63,854 nucleotides of DNA, from NCBI RefSeq assembly GCF_001194135.2, contig NC_068982.1, positions 48,940,609-49,004,462 on the forward strand, given 5' to 3'. This document shows positions 26,105 to 39,039 of the stretch, in pieces. The notes beneath the pieces are model-generated. The model saw only the letters and a program-made list of their open reading frames with translations. It was not told where the DNA came from and did not search any database. The translations under genes and the position numbers were made by a program. Each line of letters begins with the position of its first letter. The stretch's first letter is position 1. The stretch is from Octopus bimaculoides. Its lineage: Eukaryota.

Positions 26105-26375
26105 ATAGTGAAGGTGTGTAGCTTAGAGGTTAGGGTGTTGCACTCATGATTGCAAGATCGTGGGTTCAATTCCCAGACCAGGTGTTGCGTTGTGTTCTTG
26201 AACAAAGCCCTTCATTTCACATTGCTCTGTGATCATTTTGAGATTTAACATGCGTCACCCAATTGCACCTGTGCAGGTAATGTTGATTTGATGGAGGGTG
26301 TGAGCTTATGTCTAGACAAACACTATAAACAAGTCATCTGTGTGGTTATCCAGTAAGAAATTGTCGAACTGTCAT
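26105..26375 (+). mobile_element. SINE family D (tRNA head)
   Basis: gtgtagcttagaggttagg (A box)...ggttcaattccc (B box)...gttgtgttcttgaacaaagcccttcatttcac. Confidence 0.7.
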
Positions 26376-27448
26376 ATGTCATCCAACAACATTATCAAAC
26401 AAAGCCTGGAATATCAGCAACAGCAACCAATCATTTTCATTGATTTCGTCAATGTATTTGACAGCATACACCAGAGTTCATTGTGGTGCATCGCTCGTGA
26501 CTTCAGTATTCCTGAGTGTTTCATCGACACCTTTCAGAGCTTTTACCGTGAGTCTAGGTGCTGCGTTCAAACAGAGATAGGCTACACCAACTCCTTTGCC
26601 ATTGAGACAGTGTATGACAAAGGTGTATTCTATTCCCTCTCCTATTTCTTACAGTGATCAACTTTGTCATGCATGGGGTGATGCACCAGCGCAGAGTTGG
26701 GATTTTGTGGTGTGAGTCTGACTGACCTCGACTTTGCCGATGACATCATGCATCTCGGAGCGATGAAGAATGTCATTTGCACAATGACTGAGAGATTGAA
26801 ATGGGAGGTGGCCAAGATCAGACTCCACATGAGTGAAAACAAAATGTAGATCATGAGGAATGAATATGTTGATGGGAACAACAATGGCATCCCTTTGATG
26901 ACTGGACAACACCAAATCGAGGAAGTTAAGGAGTTCACCTATTTGGGCAGTGTCATAGCCAATTACAGAGACATTGAACATGATGTTGCCTGCACCTCTT
27001 CAACAGCATCACCATACCACAAGCAGTATACATGGTGGAAACGTGGAAGACATCAACAAAGATCACGCAAAGGCTCAATGTATTTTAGCTACGATGCCTC
27101 CAGCAGATACTGTGAATATCATACCAGGACACATCACCAACGAGGAGATGCATTGCTGAACAGATACCCATCCACTCCATGATGTTGTCACTGAGTGCCA
27201 TTTGCAATTCACAAACAATGTCCTCTGATTACCATTATCATGGCCTGCGAAAAAAACACTATTCTGTGGAAGCCACCGCATGGCAAGAGAAAACAAGGGT
27301 GACCAAAAGTGACTTGGCACTGCTTCATCGATGACCTCAAAGCCACTGACATTTTATGGGACGAAGCTGAAATCACCACAGCCGACAGGCCACGTTGGAG
27401 AAACCTTGCTGCCGAATGCGTTACATGGCGCAAGAGGACTTGTGGCTA

Positions 27449-27449
<1 letters not shown>
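26376..27449 (+). mobile_element. RTE-clade LINE, 5'-truncated and degenerate
   Basis: NIIKQSLEYQQ...IFIDFVNVFDSIHQSSLW, LTDLDFADDI, IEEVKEFTYLGSVI, LWKPPHGKRK; ends gcaagaggacttgtggctaag followed by (TA)n. Confidence 0.9.
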
Positions 27450-27505
<56 letters not shown>

Positions 27506-27599
27506 CATATGTATGTATATACATACATATATTTAAATACATATATATATAAGCTAAAAAGCTAGTTCTACAATCTCTCTAAAATCTCTACTAGCAAGT

Positions 27600-28315
27600 A
27601 ATGTTTGTAGCCACTTCAACATGGCTGTTCCATTCAAATGGACTTTACTGTGATTTATAGAGAACCCATTTCTCATCACCAATCACTATTTGGTCCAAAA
27701 AAGGTTCATTCGTGAGACATGACAGCGAAGTAGAATACACATTCACTCTCTGCACATGATTAGAACTTGGAAAGTTTTGAGGAACCCATTGACCCAATTT
27801 GCTGACTTTTCTGATGGCACACAGGTGTCAATGAATGGTTGAATGACCACATCCAAGCTTCTCTGCTATTACCTCAACAGTTACGATGGGATTTTGTCCC
27901 ACCAGGATTTTTAGGACATCCTTGTTGAGCTTTACAAATCTTCTAGGATGAGGCTTGACTTCTAGGCTGTAGTTTCCAGCTCAGAATTTCTGAAACCACT
28001 GTTGACACTGGCTTATGCTTATTGTCTGATCCCCTTATACTGCATGACTATTCCTCACACTTTCCATTGCATTGTTGCCTTTATGGAACTCATAAAGCAA
28101 AATATGCCGAATATGCTCCTTTGTCACTTCCATTATAGTTTTGAAAAAATAATTGTTAAAATAGAACTGCACTTTTCAAAACTCGCACTAAGAACAACGG
28201 CAAGGTAAAATTACTCCCTGCTTTTATAACAAGTTGATGCAGGTAGTTTACCCTGTCCCCTCCAACTTTTACTTCATGCAATTGAAAAATATACATTATT
28301 TATGGGATGACCCAA
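27600..28315 (-). mobile_element. Mariner element, 5' half of a pseudo-transposase
   Basis: TA|ttgggtcatcccataaataatg TIR-like end; ATG at 28133: MEVTKEHIRHILLYEF...QWFQKF...LGQWVPQN...FLDQIVIGDEKWVLY, with stops. Confidence 0.85.
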
Positions 28316-28486
28316 TATAAATATAGATAGATATATATATAGTCAACAGGTGAGATTCAGAGATGCTCAGCATAGAAAACATGTATTAGTGCTCAAATGA
28401 TTTGGTCTTACATGTTGAAGTCTTAATTGAGGAATAAGTCTGGGGGATAAAGAGTAGCTATAAGAGAAATCCAGGTGAGCTGATAT

Positions 28487-28648
28487 GGAGATAGTGTTGC
28501 AAATAAACATGCTTGAGGTTGATATGTAAAATATACATACATGCATATGTACATGTAGATATATATATATATATAGGGATATGTGTATGTGCATGTATGT
28601 ATATTTTATATAGCAAGCCCAAGTGTGTTTATTTGCATCACTATCTCC
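28487..28648 (+). repeat. 70-bp imperfect inverted repeat around (TA)n
   Basis: Manual pairing of 28487-28556 with 28579-28648: 59 Watson-Crick, 7 G-T, 1 A-C, 3 other mismatches. Confidence 0.9.
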
Positions 28649-28967
28649 CTTACTCCATACATACACACACATGTACACACACATATATATACACACATAT
28701 ACGCATACCAATATATGCATTTATATACACACACAGGCATATATTCACATATATACATTTATAGAATATGGTATCATACACACATAGACATGTATTTACA
28801 CATGTGTGTATGTGTGTGTGTACATGCATGCATCTGTGTGTGTGTGATGAATAAACCCAGCATTTTGTTGTTAGCATTAACTTCATAGTTACGGTCATCA
28901 ATAAATTATCTATTTCAAGCTAATTTACCTGAGGCAAATCTAGTCTAAAACAAAACTCAAAATTCTA

Positions 28968-29006
<39 letters not shown>

Positions 29007-29240
29007 TCTAATGTTTAATGTTCCATTAAGTGTAAAATATTAAGGAGAGCAGCTTTTTCTCAAGTGAAAAAATACATATGCACTGGATTTTTAAATTATA
29101 TATATAGGCCTACAAAAGTATAAAGATATTTATATGTAATGTTTATATGTGTGTATGTGTGTGTGTGTGTGTGTTTGTGTGTGAGTGTGTGTGTGTGTTT
29201 ATACACATATGCACATAAACATGCATGCACAAACATGCAT

Positions 29241-29458
29241 ATGAGGGGATGCTGAAAAGCTCTTAACTTTAAGGGTATCACAAAAGGCCTGGTTGGAGGC
29301 CCGACATTCCGAGTTCTTCTACAGGGCTTAGAAAAACTGAATAACTGATGAAATAAGTGTGTCAGTCTAAAAAGGGAATATGTTCAATAAAATCATGATT
29401 AACTGATCCTCCTGTATTTTCTTTTACCCAGAGCCAGGAACTTTTCTGCACCCTCTCA
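29241..29458 (-). mobile_element. Mariner-type MITE, complete
   Basis: atgaggggatgctgaaaag ... acttttctgcaccctctcata; reverse complement of the 16921 copy. Confidence 0.75.
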
Positions 29459-29469
29459 TATACATATTC

Positions 29470-29918
29470 CTTTTTACTCTTTTATTGTTTCACTTGTTTC
29501 AGTCATATGACTGCAGCCATGCTGGAGCACGATATTTAGTCAAAAAAATCGACCCCAGGACTTATTCTTTGTAAGCCTAGTACTTATTCTATCGGTTTTT
29601 TTTTTTTACTGAATCACTAAATTACAGGGACATAAACACTCCAACATCGGTCGTCAAGTGATGGTTGGAGGACATCAGTTGCATTTACATAATAATATGT
29701 GTGTGTGTATGTCCCCTACCACCATTTAACAACCGGTGTTGGTTTGTTTACATCCCTGTAACTTAGTGGTTTGGCAAAAAGAGACCAGTAGAATGTGTAC
29801 CATACTTTTAGAAAATAAGTACTAGTGTTGATTTGTTTGACTAAACCATTCAAGGTAGTACCCCAGCATGGCCACAGTGAAATGGCTGAGACAAGTGAAT
29901 GGATAAAAGAGTAAAAGA
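29470..29918. mobile_element. Inverted pair of SINE A 3' halves
   Basis: Minus copy at about 29470-29670 and plus copy at about 29705-29918, with a spacer of about 35 nt. Confidence 0.8.
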
Positions 29919-29944
29919 ACTATTTTTATACTTCCATTTTACAT

Positions 29945-30720
29945 CATCATTAATGGCATTTAAACAGAAGTGATCAGCAAAGACAGCCAGTTACAAGTGA
30001 TTGAACGTGCTGAGGCAATCAGCAGTAGGGCTGTACTTTAACATTTTGGTAAATGCCAACAGCAATCACAATATCAAAATAGTGAAAAATAAGAAGGGTT
30101 ACTGAAATCTTGACTATGCACAAAACGCATCTTTCATAATTGCTTATTGACCTAAATTAGAAGAACAACTGGAGACATCAATACCTTATCACAGAAAATC
30201 TAGCATTTCTCTATCAACAAAGAGAATAATTATTTAAGCAAGAGAAATTAGTAAAGACCTACAAATAAATGATTCTAAATATTTGACTTTATGGTGCCAC
30301 AGGTTAATATAATGAAGTTGTCTGAGATGATAGCAGTGAAAATAAAATTGAAAACTTTGAAAATGATAGGGATTATGATAAAAATTTAGCTACATATCCT
30401 TGAAGTTATTCATAATTTTAAATAGAGCAAAGGTATTGAGCATATTTTGTTTTTGTGAAAAAATTTTCTTTTTCTATTTTAGTAATATTCTATTTTTACT
30501 ACTTAATTTTCCTTATCCAAAATTCTGAAATGCCAATATTTTTTTCCCAAGTTTTCAATTTTTCTATAATACCTAAATGGCAATAAAAATTCAATTTTTT
30601 GAAAAAATAAAAAAAATATTTAACTTGAATTTGAAAATAATGTTTTCTCAAACTTTTTTCTTGAATCTGGGGTGCATTTTATACAAAAGTTCATGTTATA
30701 AATCAGCAAATATAGCAAAT
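29945..30720 (+). mobile_element. Degenerate pogo-family element (Brinker-like DBD plus CENP-B HTH)
   Basis: LQVIERAEAISSRAVL*HFG and PKLEEQLETSIPYHRKSSISLSTKRIII*AREISKDLQINDSKYLTLWCHRL; the 3' end ggtgcattttatac...atatagca resembles a pogo terminus. Confidence 0.65.
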
Positions 30721-32139
30721 AATTATTTATTCACAAATTAATATTCCTTTGTATATAATTGCTTACAAGTTCATCCACCTCAAATATGTAGAACACTACA
30801 TATATGAAAAGGATCATTAAAAATAGCAGCAGGAATTCTTTTTTACTACAGTGCTCCTGTAAGAACAAAAATTTGTCCTATTTATGTGGATGTAAGAATG
30901 CAAATGAGAGGATAAAATGGTAGATAAGTGAGGTTGAAGGGGAAAATGCATAATTACAGTTAGATGAACGGTTAGCAAGTTCATGGTACTTCATCCCTTA
31001 CAAATCTAACTTTATTCAAAAATGTTCTACACTCTATTTACACATACACACACCATTCTGCTGACATGCAACATATGTAGCTACAGACGTTGCTATCATA
31101 CTGATATTATTATAGTTGTTGTCATTTGGTAATCCAAAAGACGATTGGTTGATAGTGGTTGTGGTAGTGGTAGTGTTGGTTGTATCAGTTTTGGTATTGG
31201 TGGTAGCAGAAGCAGTGGTCATACAATTTTTGTTAATTGTATTTTTGTTGCTGTTTAATCTCAAATCGTTCCTCATTGGCATAAGATAAAAGACATTTTG
31301 TCCAACTTTCAAAACACACTTGAGTGATAATCTTTTATTTTAAGATGGAATTGCTTATCTTGTTCGTATAATTTTTGCAGTTGTTGTTGATCCATAAATT
31401 TGCAATGCATGAGTTGGATGCAAGATAGTAACTTTGAATAAATGGTGAATTGTCAGTCATAAGAATATTGGATAGAATACCACAGTGTGTTTTGACTCTC
31501 TGTGCTCTGAGTTCTAATTCCACTGAGGTTAATGTTGGTTATCATCTTTTCAGGGTTGATATAAAAAAAAAAAGGTACCACCAATCCAGGTGGGAACTGG
31601 CAGAACTGTTAAAGGGTCTGACAGTCTCTGTTCCAGCTTGCCATGTTCTGATTGCTATGCTGTGACAGTAGTGGTACTGAATTGCATCAACCCAAGTAGG
31701 CAGGATTTCTTTTGGATAAACATCAGTGGACTTTACTGTTGTCAACTTGGCTAATGGAAACCTTAGATAAACATTGAATAAGAACTGACTCCATATGCAG
31801 CTACCTACTCCATCTATCATGCTATCATGGAAATCTGGACATAAAGTTGTGATGATAATGACATATTACACAGAAAGATTTATGTATATATCACAGAATT
31901 AAGATATTTGTTTTGTTGGTTTAGTATATACATAAAAAAAATTACTGGATAAGTATTAAATCAACACCTTTGCTACATAAATATATCATTGATGAGGATA
32001 GATTTTTTTTGTTATCTGTAAAACTTATATCCTTCAAGTTGGATTGTGATATATATATATATAAACAGAATCACTGTGTAGGGAACTCAAGATAAATACT
32101 TGGTAACATTTTTACTGGATTTCTTTAACATATGATGCC

Positions 32140-32180
<41 letters not shown>

Positions 32181-32383
32181 TTATCTATTTATCTATCTAT
32201 TTTTCTGTCTGTCTGTCTGTCAGTTTATCTATCTGTCCATCCGTCCATCCATCTGTCTGTCTGTATATACATATGCGTGTATGTGTATATATTTGTATGT
32301 GTGTGTATGTATATAGACATACATTTGTGTGTGTGTGTATATATATATGTATGTGTGTGTGTCTATATATATATATACATACA

Positions 32384-32415
<32 letters not shown>

Positions 32416-32912
32416 AAATGATAAACAGAAGTTTATATATAGTTCTTACATTTCATGATTGTGTATGTGTGTGTATGTATGTATGTATCTATAAATAAAG
32501 GAAGCATTTATTGAAATATAATCTGATTACATTTTAAGTGAAATGAATGCATCTCTTTCATTTTCATTGAGTTTTTTATGAGCGTTTCTTTTTTTTTTTT
32601 TTTGTATTATTACAAAACATNNNNNNNNNNGTTTTTTTTTTTTTTTTTTTGTATTATTACAAAACATTTTATTTGGTTTCATCATACTCTATCTTGGAAT
32701 ATTCATTATCACTTGATATTCTGGATAATTTTTCCTGGTGAAATTAATGCTTATTGCTTCATGTATGTGATACAATATTATAATAATAGAGAACATGCTG
32801 CCTATGCAAAGAAGCAAATGAATTACATCAAGTCATTAATGATAAAACGGAAAGAAGCTTTATCCAAAATGCCACTTATTTTCACCAGATATGCCATTTT
32901 ACATAGTTGTGT

Positions 32913-33009
<97 letters not shown>

Positions 33010-34189
33010 CTCTTTGTTTTATGTGTTAAGATCATGTAGGAGAATTTTTATATTTTTTCTCTACCTTCTATGTTATTTTATTGTCAATATTTTGCTTGCT
33101 GTCAAACAGGAAGACAAAATATGAATAAAGAAAAAAAAAACCCAAAACTCAGAAACATAAAGTTATATTTGGAAAAGAGCTCACATATTTGCATTGGCCA
33201 TATCAGAATAACAGATTACAGAAGTAATAAAATAACATTGACATTTTGCAGATTTTCCTATTGTTTTTTTTTTTTATTTTCTAATATTTGAAAAACTTAA
33301 GTGAAGTAGAATCTATTGTAGCAATTTATATAATTTTACAGAATAAATGCAGTGAAAATTGTCAAGGTTTATAAGAGTTCTTCATTTTTTTCCCCCTTCA
33401 AGCTGAATTTATATATCTAGTTTGATGATAATAATATTTCTGTTCTATGCAATGATCTACTCAGAGGAAATTTGGTTGGTGCTTTATCTTCATCGCAACA
33501 ACAATACAATGCATGGAAGCCCTTTGCCATTGTTAACCTTTGCTTGATGAACCACAATAATTCACACAATCAAAAGCAAATGTCATTGAGCAAGAGATTG
33601 AACTTCTGACAAGATATGTCAGCGATTCTGTTTCAATTCCTGGATGAGACCATTTTCTTTACTGAAGTAGCTAGGGTGAAGCATGGAATTTTTTCCGTTA
33701 TTCAGTAAATAAAGTATCTTAAGTAAATAATGAGTCATAAAGACAGTAGTTTTTGTAAAACCAAACAAATGAAAGAAACGTTATCAATTTAATGTCCCCT
33801 TTTCTATGCTTGCATGGCTTGGATGGAGTTCATCGAGGCAGATTTTCTACAGTCAGATGTCCTTCTTGTTGCCATACTGCTTATATGACTGACACTCATT
33901 TACAATTATCATATAATATCAAGACCAGCAGGCTGAAATACAGACACACACACACACACACATACATGATCAGCTTTTTTCAGTTTTCATCTACCAAATT
34001 TCCTCAAAAGGCTGGGGCTATAGTTGAAGACACTTGCTCAAGGTATCATGCAATGAAACTAGAGGTACAGAGTAGGTCATAACTCATTCAATATATATTG
34101 CACATTTCAAAAACAAAACTTTATATTTACAAAGCAAAACAATAATGATGGCTACACACATTCATGATGAACAAAATGAATAATAATAA

Positions 34190-34345
34190 TACTTTCTACT
34201 AAAGGCACAAGGCCTGAAATTTGAGGGGTAGGGACTGATCGATTACATCGACTCCAGTGTTTCACTGGTTCTTAATTTATCAACCCTGAAAGGTTGAAAA
34301 GCCAAGTTGACCTCGGTGGAATTTGAACTCAGAACATAGCAATGT
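34190..34345 (-). mobile_element. SINE family B
   Basis: ctttctactaaaggcacaaggcctgaaatttg...gacctcggtggaatttgaactcagaac. Confidence 0.8.
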
Positions 34346-34857
34346 AATATAAATAGAATGTCAAATGCTTTGTTGCATGACTTTTAACCCACCTCGTATT
34401 TTATACATATTTTACAAAAATACATCCAACAGCTTAGAGAATTGGATTGTTGCTTTTGACGGAAGCTCATAATGTATTGGAAAAGTTCAAATTAATTTCT
34501 AATGGCATCCTCTTATATTTATCTCCCAACACTACTTGACAATCAGTGTTAGTTTGTTTATGCCCACCAAAACTTAGCAGTTTAGCAAAAGAGACCAAAT
34601 AGAATATGTCCTGAGGTTGATTTGTTTGACTGAACCCTTCAAGGCAGGACTCCAGTGTGGCTGCAAGTCCTATGACTGAAACGAGTTAATGATAAAAGAT
34701 AATTACTTACAATAGTATAAATTTGTCTAAACTGAATCAACAATGATGAAATGTTTTGATGAAAAGCACAATATTTTCACATAAAATTTTACATGACTCT
34801 AAAGTTAAGAAATTAATAAAACTTTTACCCATTTTCCCAAAAACCAAAATATTAAGA

Positions 34858-35175
34858 TCATCATCATTATCATCATCATACTTTAACATCTGTTTTCTGT
34901 GCTGCCATGGGTGGGATGATTTTACCAGAGCTGGCAAACAAGAGCTGCACCAGGGTCCAGTTTGATTTAGCTTCGTTTCTTCAGCTGGATGCCCTTCCTG
35001 ATGCTAACCACCTTACAGTGTTAGCTGGGTGCTTTTAATGTGGCACTAGCATGAGCACTTTTTAATGTGGTATCAGCATAAGTGCTTTTTATGTGGAACC
35101 AGCACAGTACTCTTGCAGGTGCATCCTTTTCATCAGGGGGAGTGGTAGGACAGGTCTTCTTGAGAACATCAAGTT
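34858..35175 (-). mobile_element. Repeat family C with three internal 26-bp repeats
   Basis: (CAT)n-tttaacatctg...cagctggatgcccttcc...(gtgctttt(t)aatgtgg) three times. Confidence 0.7.
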
Positions 35176-35609
35176 ACCAGATATTATGGTTCCAATAATG
35201 TTTACGATACTCTCAAATATGTACTGGAATCTACAATTTCTTATGATAGCAAAGTCACAAAATGGTTGAATAGATAAAAAGTTTGTTTTGCAACCAGGAA
35301 ATCTCAGGTTCGATCTCACTGTGTAGCATTTGGGCAAGAGTACATAATTTTCTTTAGCTTTAAGTCGATCTATACCTTGTGGGGGAAAATGAGTGAATGG
35401 AAATTGCCTAGAAGTCCTTCAGGTAGATTGTGCATGTAGGCACAGGTGTGGCTGTGTAGTAAGAAGCTTACTTCCTAACCACATGGTGTAGCCTTTTGGC
35501 TCGCCAGCCCTCAGTCAAACCGTCCAACCCATGCCAGCATAGAAAGTGGACGTTAAACAATGAGGGTGATGATGATGATGTACATATATTTGTGTGTTTG
35601 TGTGTATTT

Positions 35610-35850
35610 GTCCCCACTGCCACCATCGCTTGACAACTAATGTTGGTGAGTTTTTGTCCCCATAACTTAGCAGTTTGGCAAAAGAGACCGATAGAATAAG
35701 TATTAGGCTTGCAACGAACAAGTCTTGGGGTTAATTTGTTTGACTANNNNNNNNNNACGAACAAGTCTTGGGGTTAATTTGTTTGACTAAAGTGGTGCTC
35801 CAGCATGGCCCAGTCAAAAAAACTGAAGTAAGTAAAAGAAAAAAAGAATT
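35610..35850 (+). mobile_element. SINE family A, 3' half
   Basis: tgtccccactgccaccatcgcttgacaac...gagaccgatagaataag...ccagcatggcc...agtaaaaga. Confidence 0.75.
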
Positions 35851-36734
35851 TAGTTCAATAGGTACATTGTAATACTGATTCTATCTGAGAATTACCTTAA
35901 GAGTACATGTGCCAATGGAATACTCAGCCCCTTAAATGTTAATTTCAGGAGCAGGTAACTCTGTTCATCAAACAAGTGAACATTCGCTTTTGACTGACAG
36001 AAGTCCATCACCATAGTAAAGGCATATTAAAATATAACAGGTGACTTCCTCCGCAGAAAACATATTAAAACTGTCTCATGATTATGTGTAGATGAAGTTG
36101 GGCAAAACATACAGCTATGAAAGCAGTTCTAATAATTCTTGCAAATATTTGAAATTTTCACAACTATACAACCCACTGTAGCATGGAAAAAAAAACGGTA
36201 TTTTATAAAGAGCTTTAAATGAAATTTACATTAGATGTAGATAAATTTATATTTATAAATGTTTTGGTGAAATCACATCAAATCATTATCGGAAGTGTGT
36301 GCATGTGAGTATGTATGCATGTGTGTGTGTGTGAGGGGGGGAAATTTGATAGTGAAGAATAAATATTGATTGATGAGTTTATTTATTGAATGATTAGTGT
36401 TGTTAGAAATGATGATAATGATGGTGACAGTGACGATCATGACAACGACGACGAGGCAGAAGTGGAAAATGATATTGGTGGAAGGGGCTTGTAGTTGTGG
36501 TGTTAGGAGAAACAAATTTTAACTTCAATATATTGGGATCTCTCATACGATTCTCAGTTATTTATTTATTTATTTTTTAAAATTTTTTACCAAATTCTTA
36601 TGTCTGGTTTATTATGGAGCTCATAGCTCAATGCTAAAAGTACAGAAGATGTAATTAACATTTACAACCAAAGAAAAGCTTCAGCAAGATGTAATTTCAA
36701 TGTCAACTTATCTAATAAATGTTATTATCATTTT

Positions 36735-36774
36735 ACTTTTCTATTTATTTATTTATTTATTTATTTATTTATCA

Positions 36775-36832
<58 letters not shown>

Positions 36833-36842
36833 GTTAATGTTA

Positions 36843-36873
<31 letters not shown>

Positions 36874-36984
36874 CATTACTATTATTACTGTTGTTGCTGT
36901 TGTTATTATTATTATTCATTCATTTATTAATATTATCATCATTATTATTATCATTTATTCATTTATTATTGTTGTTGTTGTTGC

Positions 36985-37072
<88 letters not shown>

Positions 37073-37075
37073 TTG
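36735..37075. repeat. (ATT)n/(GTT)n microsatellite
   Basis: Direct reading; source of the poly-I and poly-L ORFs. Confidence 0.95.
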
Positions 37076-37624
37076 CTGTGCAGTTAAAGTTATATATTTT
37101 TCCATTTAAAGTCGGATATTGGTAACTGAGGAAAAATATATCTTTTTTTAGTTTCCACACTAAAATTCATTATTGATAGCATAGTATATAGAATATAGAA
37201 AATGTGATAAATAAATGAATAATATAACACTGTAAATAGTTTGCAAAAAAAGTCATTATTTCTTTATGATCTCATTAAAAAAATATTCTTAGTAAAATTC
37301 ATAGATTAAGTTCCCAACTTTTATCATTTTTTTTTTTTCTGAAATGTTATATATATATATATATATATATATTCCTGTTGTCCATGAAAAGATGTATGTG
37401 GATATGATTATAAATTATATGATAAAAAAGTAATATACTGGTAATTTTTGTAAAGAATGTCCTCATTCTATTTTTATAGGGAGCAATCTGGAATGTACTA
37501 TGCCATATATGCATGTGTATGTGCATGTGTTTGTGATTGGATGTGCTTGTGTACATGTGTATGTGTGTGTATGTATGTACATGTGTGTAAGTATGTTATA
37601 TAAAAATACACACACACATATATA

Positions 37625-37797
37625 TATATATCATCATCATCTTCATCATCATCATCATCAAATTAGATGGCAAGCTGGAGGCAGGTGGGGGAGCTGCACC
37701 AGACTCCAGTCTAATTTAGCATTGTTTCTATAGCTAGATACCTTTTCTAATGCAAACTACTTCACCCAACTTCTATTATTTATCCATTTATCTATCC

Positions 37798-37834
<37 letters not shown>

Positions 37835-38097
37835 CCTATCTATATCATCATCATCATCATTTAATGTCCGTTTTCCATGCTTGCAAGGATTGGACAGTTT
37901 GACTAAAAATTAGTAAGCTTGAGAGCTACACTAAATTTCTATAGCTGGAGGCCTTTCCTAAAGCCAATCATTCCAAGAGTGTAGTGGGTGCTTTCATGTG
38001 TTACTGGCATGGGTGCAAATTATGAAACACCGACATTGGCCATGACTATGATCTCACTTGACTTGACAGGTCTTCCCAAGCACAGTGTATTGCCATA

Positions 38098-38100
<3 letters not shown>
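37625..38100 (-). mobile_element. Two repeat family C fragments separated by (CTAT)n
   Basis: (CAT)n starts at about 37630 and 37845; gctgcaccag, gagtgtagtgggtgc and ccatgactatgatctcacttg motifs. Confidence 0.65.
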
Positions 38101-38135
<35 letters not shown>

Positions 38136-38338
38136 CCCTCCTTAACCGTATATATATATATATATATACACACATACATACAGGACGGTACAAAAGTAGA
38201 CTAGTAGTTGTATGTTATATACAATTATACAACTTTTGCTTCACCTGTATATATATTTATATATATATATTGAGAGAGATACATACATACATACATACAT
38301 ACATAGACACCACAAATATGTGTGTGTGTGTGTGTTTG

Positions 38339-38414
<76 letters not shown>

Positions 38415-38717
38415 TATATCAACATCATCATAATCATCATCATCATACATATTTTAATTTTCTCTGATAGTCTGGTACTTAAGCATTGGAATTACTACTT
38501 CAAACACTAGAATTGCCTTTCAGTAAAAATATAACCATTTGTTAGATCAATGTATTGAAAATAGAGTGCATTATTCAAATCCTTTGTTAAAATGTGATGT
38601 TCTTTTGTTTTATTTCATTTGTTCCAGTCATTGAACTGTGGTCATGCTGAAGTACTCTATTCTTTTTTTTTTTATAATATTTCCTTCAGTACTTTGGTAC
38701 TTAATTCATCCGTTTTT

Positions 38718-38864
38718 CTAAGGAAACATTATATAATAAAATATATATCCCAGAGCTATAGCTGTAAGCGCAGCAAAGTATCTAACAACTGATTTTGCAG
38801 TATTTGCTTTTAAGAATGTCAGTAAATTATGCTGTGCGTGATTCTGATATTTGCTTATAAATAA
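38718..38864 (-). CDS. Possible terminal exon ending in a hydrophobic helix
   Basis: ccttag|LFISKYQNHAQHNLLTFLKANTAKSVVRYFAALTAIALGYIFYYIMFP*; weak acceptor. Confidence 0.25.
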   Translation of the reverse strand, partial: LFISKYQNHAQHNLLTFLKANTAKSVVRYFAALTAIALGYIFYYIMFP

Positions 38865-39039
38865 CTAAGGATATTGTTTATGTCTCTCAGTACTCTGTCA
38901 CACTATAGATACACTTGCATCTGATTTGCATCATTTTCAGAAATATTTTTTGGGTATTATTTCAAGGCCTTGTTATTAGCTGCCCCAAGAACCTCAGATT
39001 ATGTGTGTGTATGTGTGTGTGTCTGTCTGTCTGTCTACC

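Noticed and set aside
31034-31312. Thr/Asn-rich 92-aa minus-strand ORF
   Set aside because: Largely a degenerate (ACC/ACT/AAC)n tract with weak splice sites.
32640-32910. Plus-strand open frame ...REHAAYAKKQMNYIKSLMIKRKEALSKMPLIFTRY
   Set aside because: Protein-like, but no convincing donor, no recognisable homology and no partner exon; left unresolved.
33641-33656. 16-mer tggatgagaccatttt repeated at 58026-58041
   Set aside because: Flanks do not align convincingly; not enough for a paralogous-exon claim.
35706-35790. Direct duplication of about 33 bp either side of a 10-N gap (also at 32585-32665)
   Set aside because: Typical scaffolding overlap artefact.
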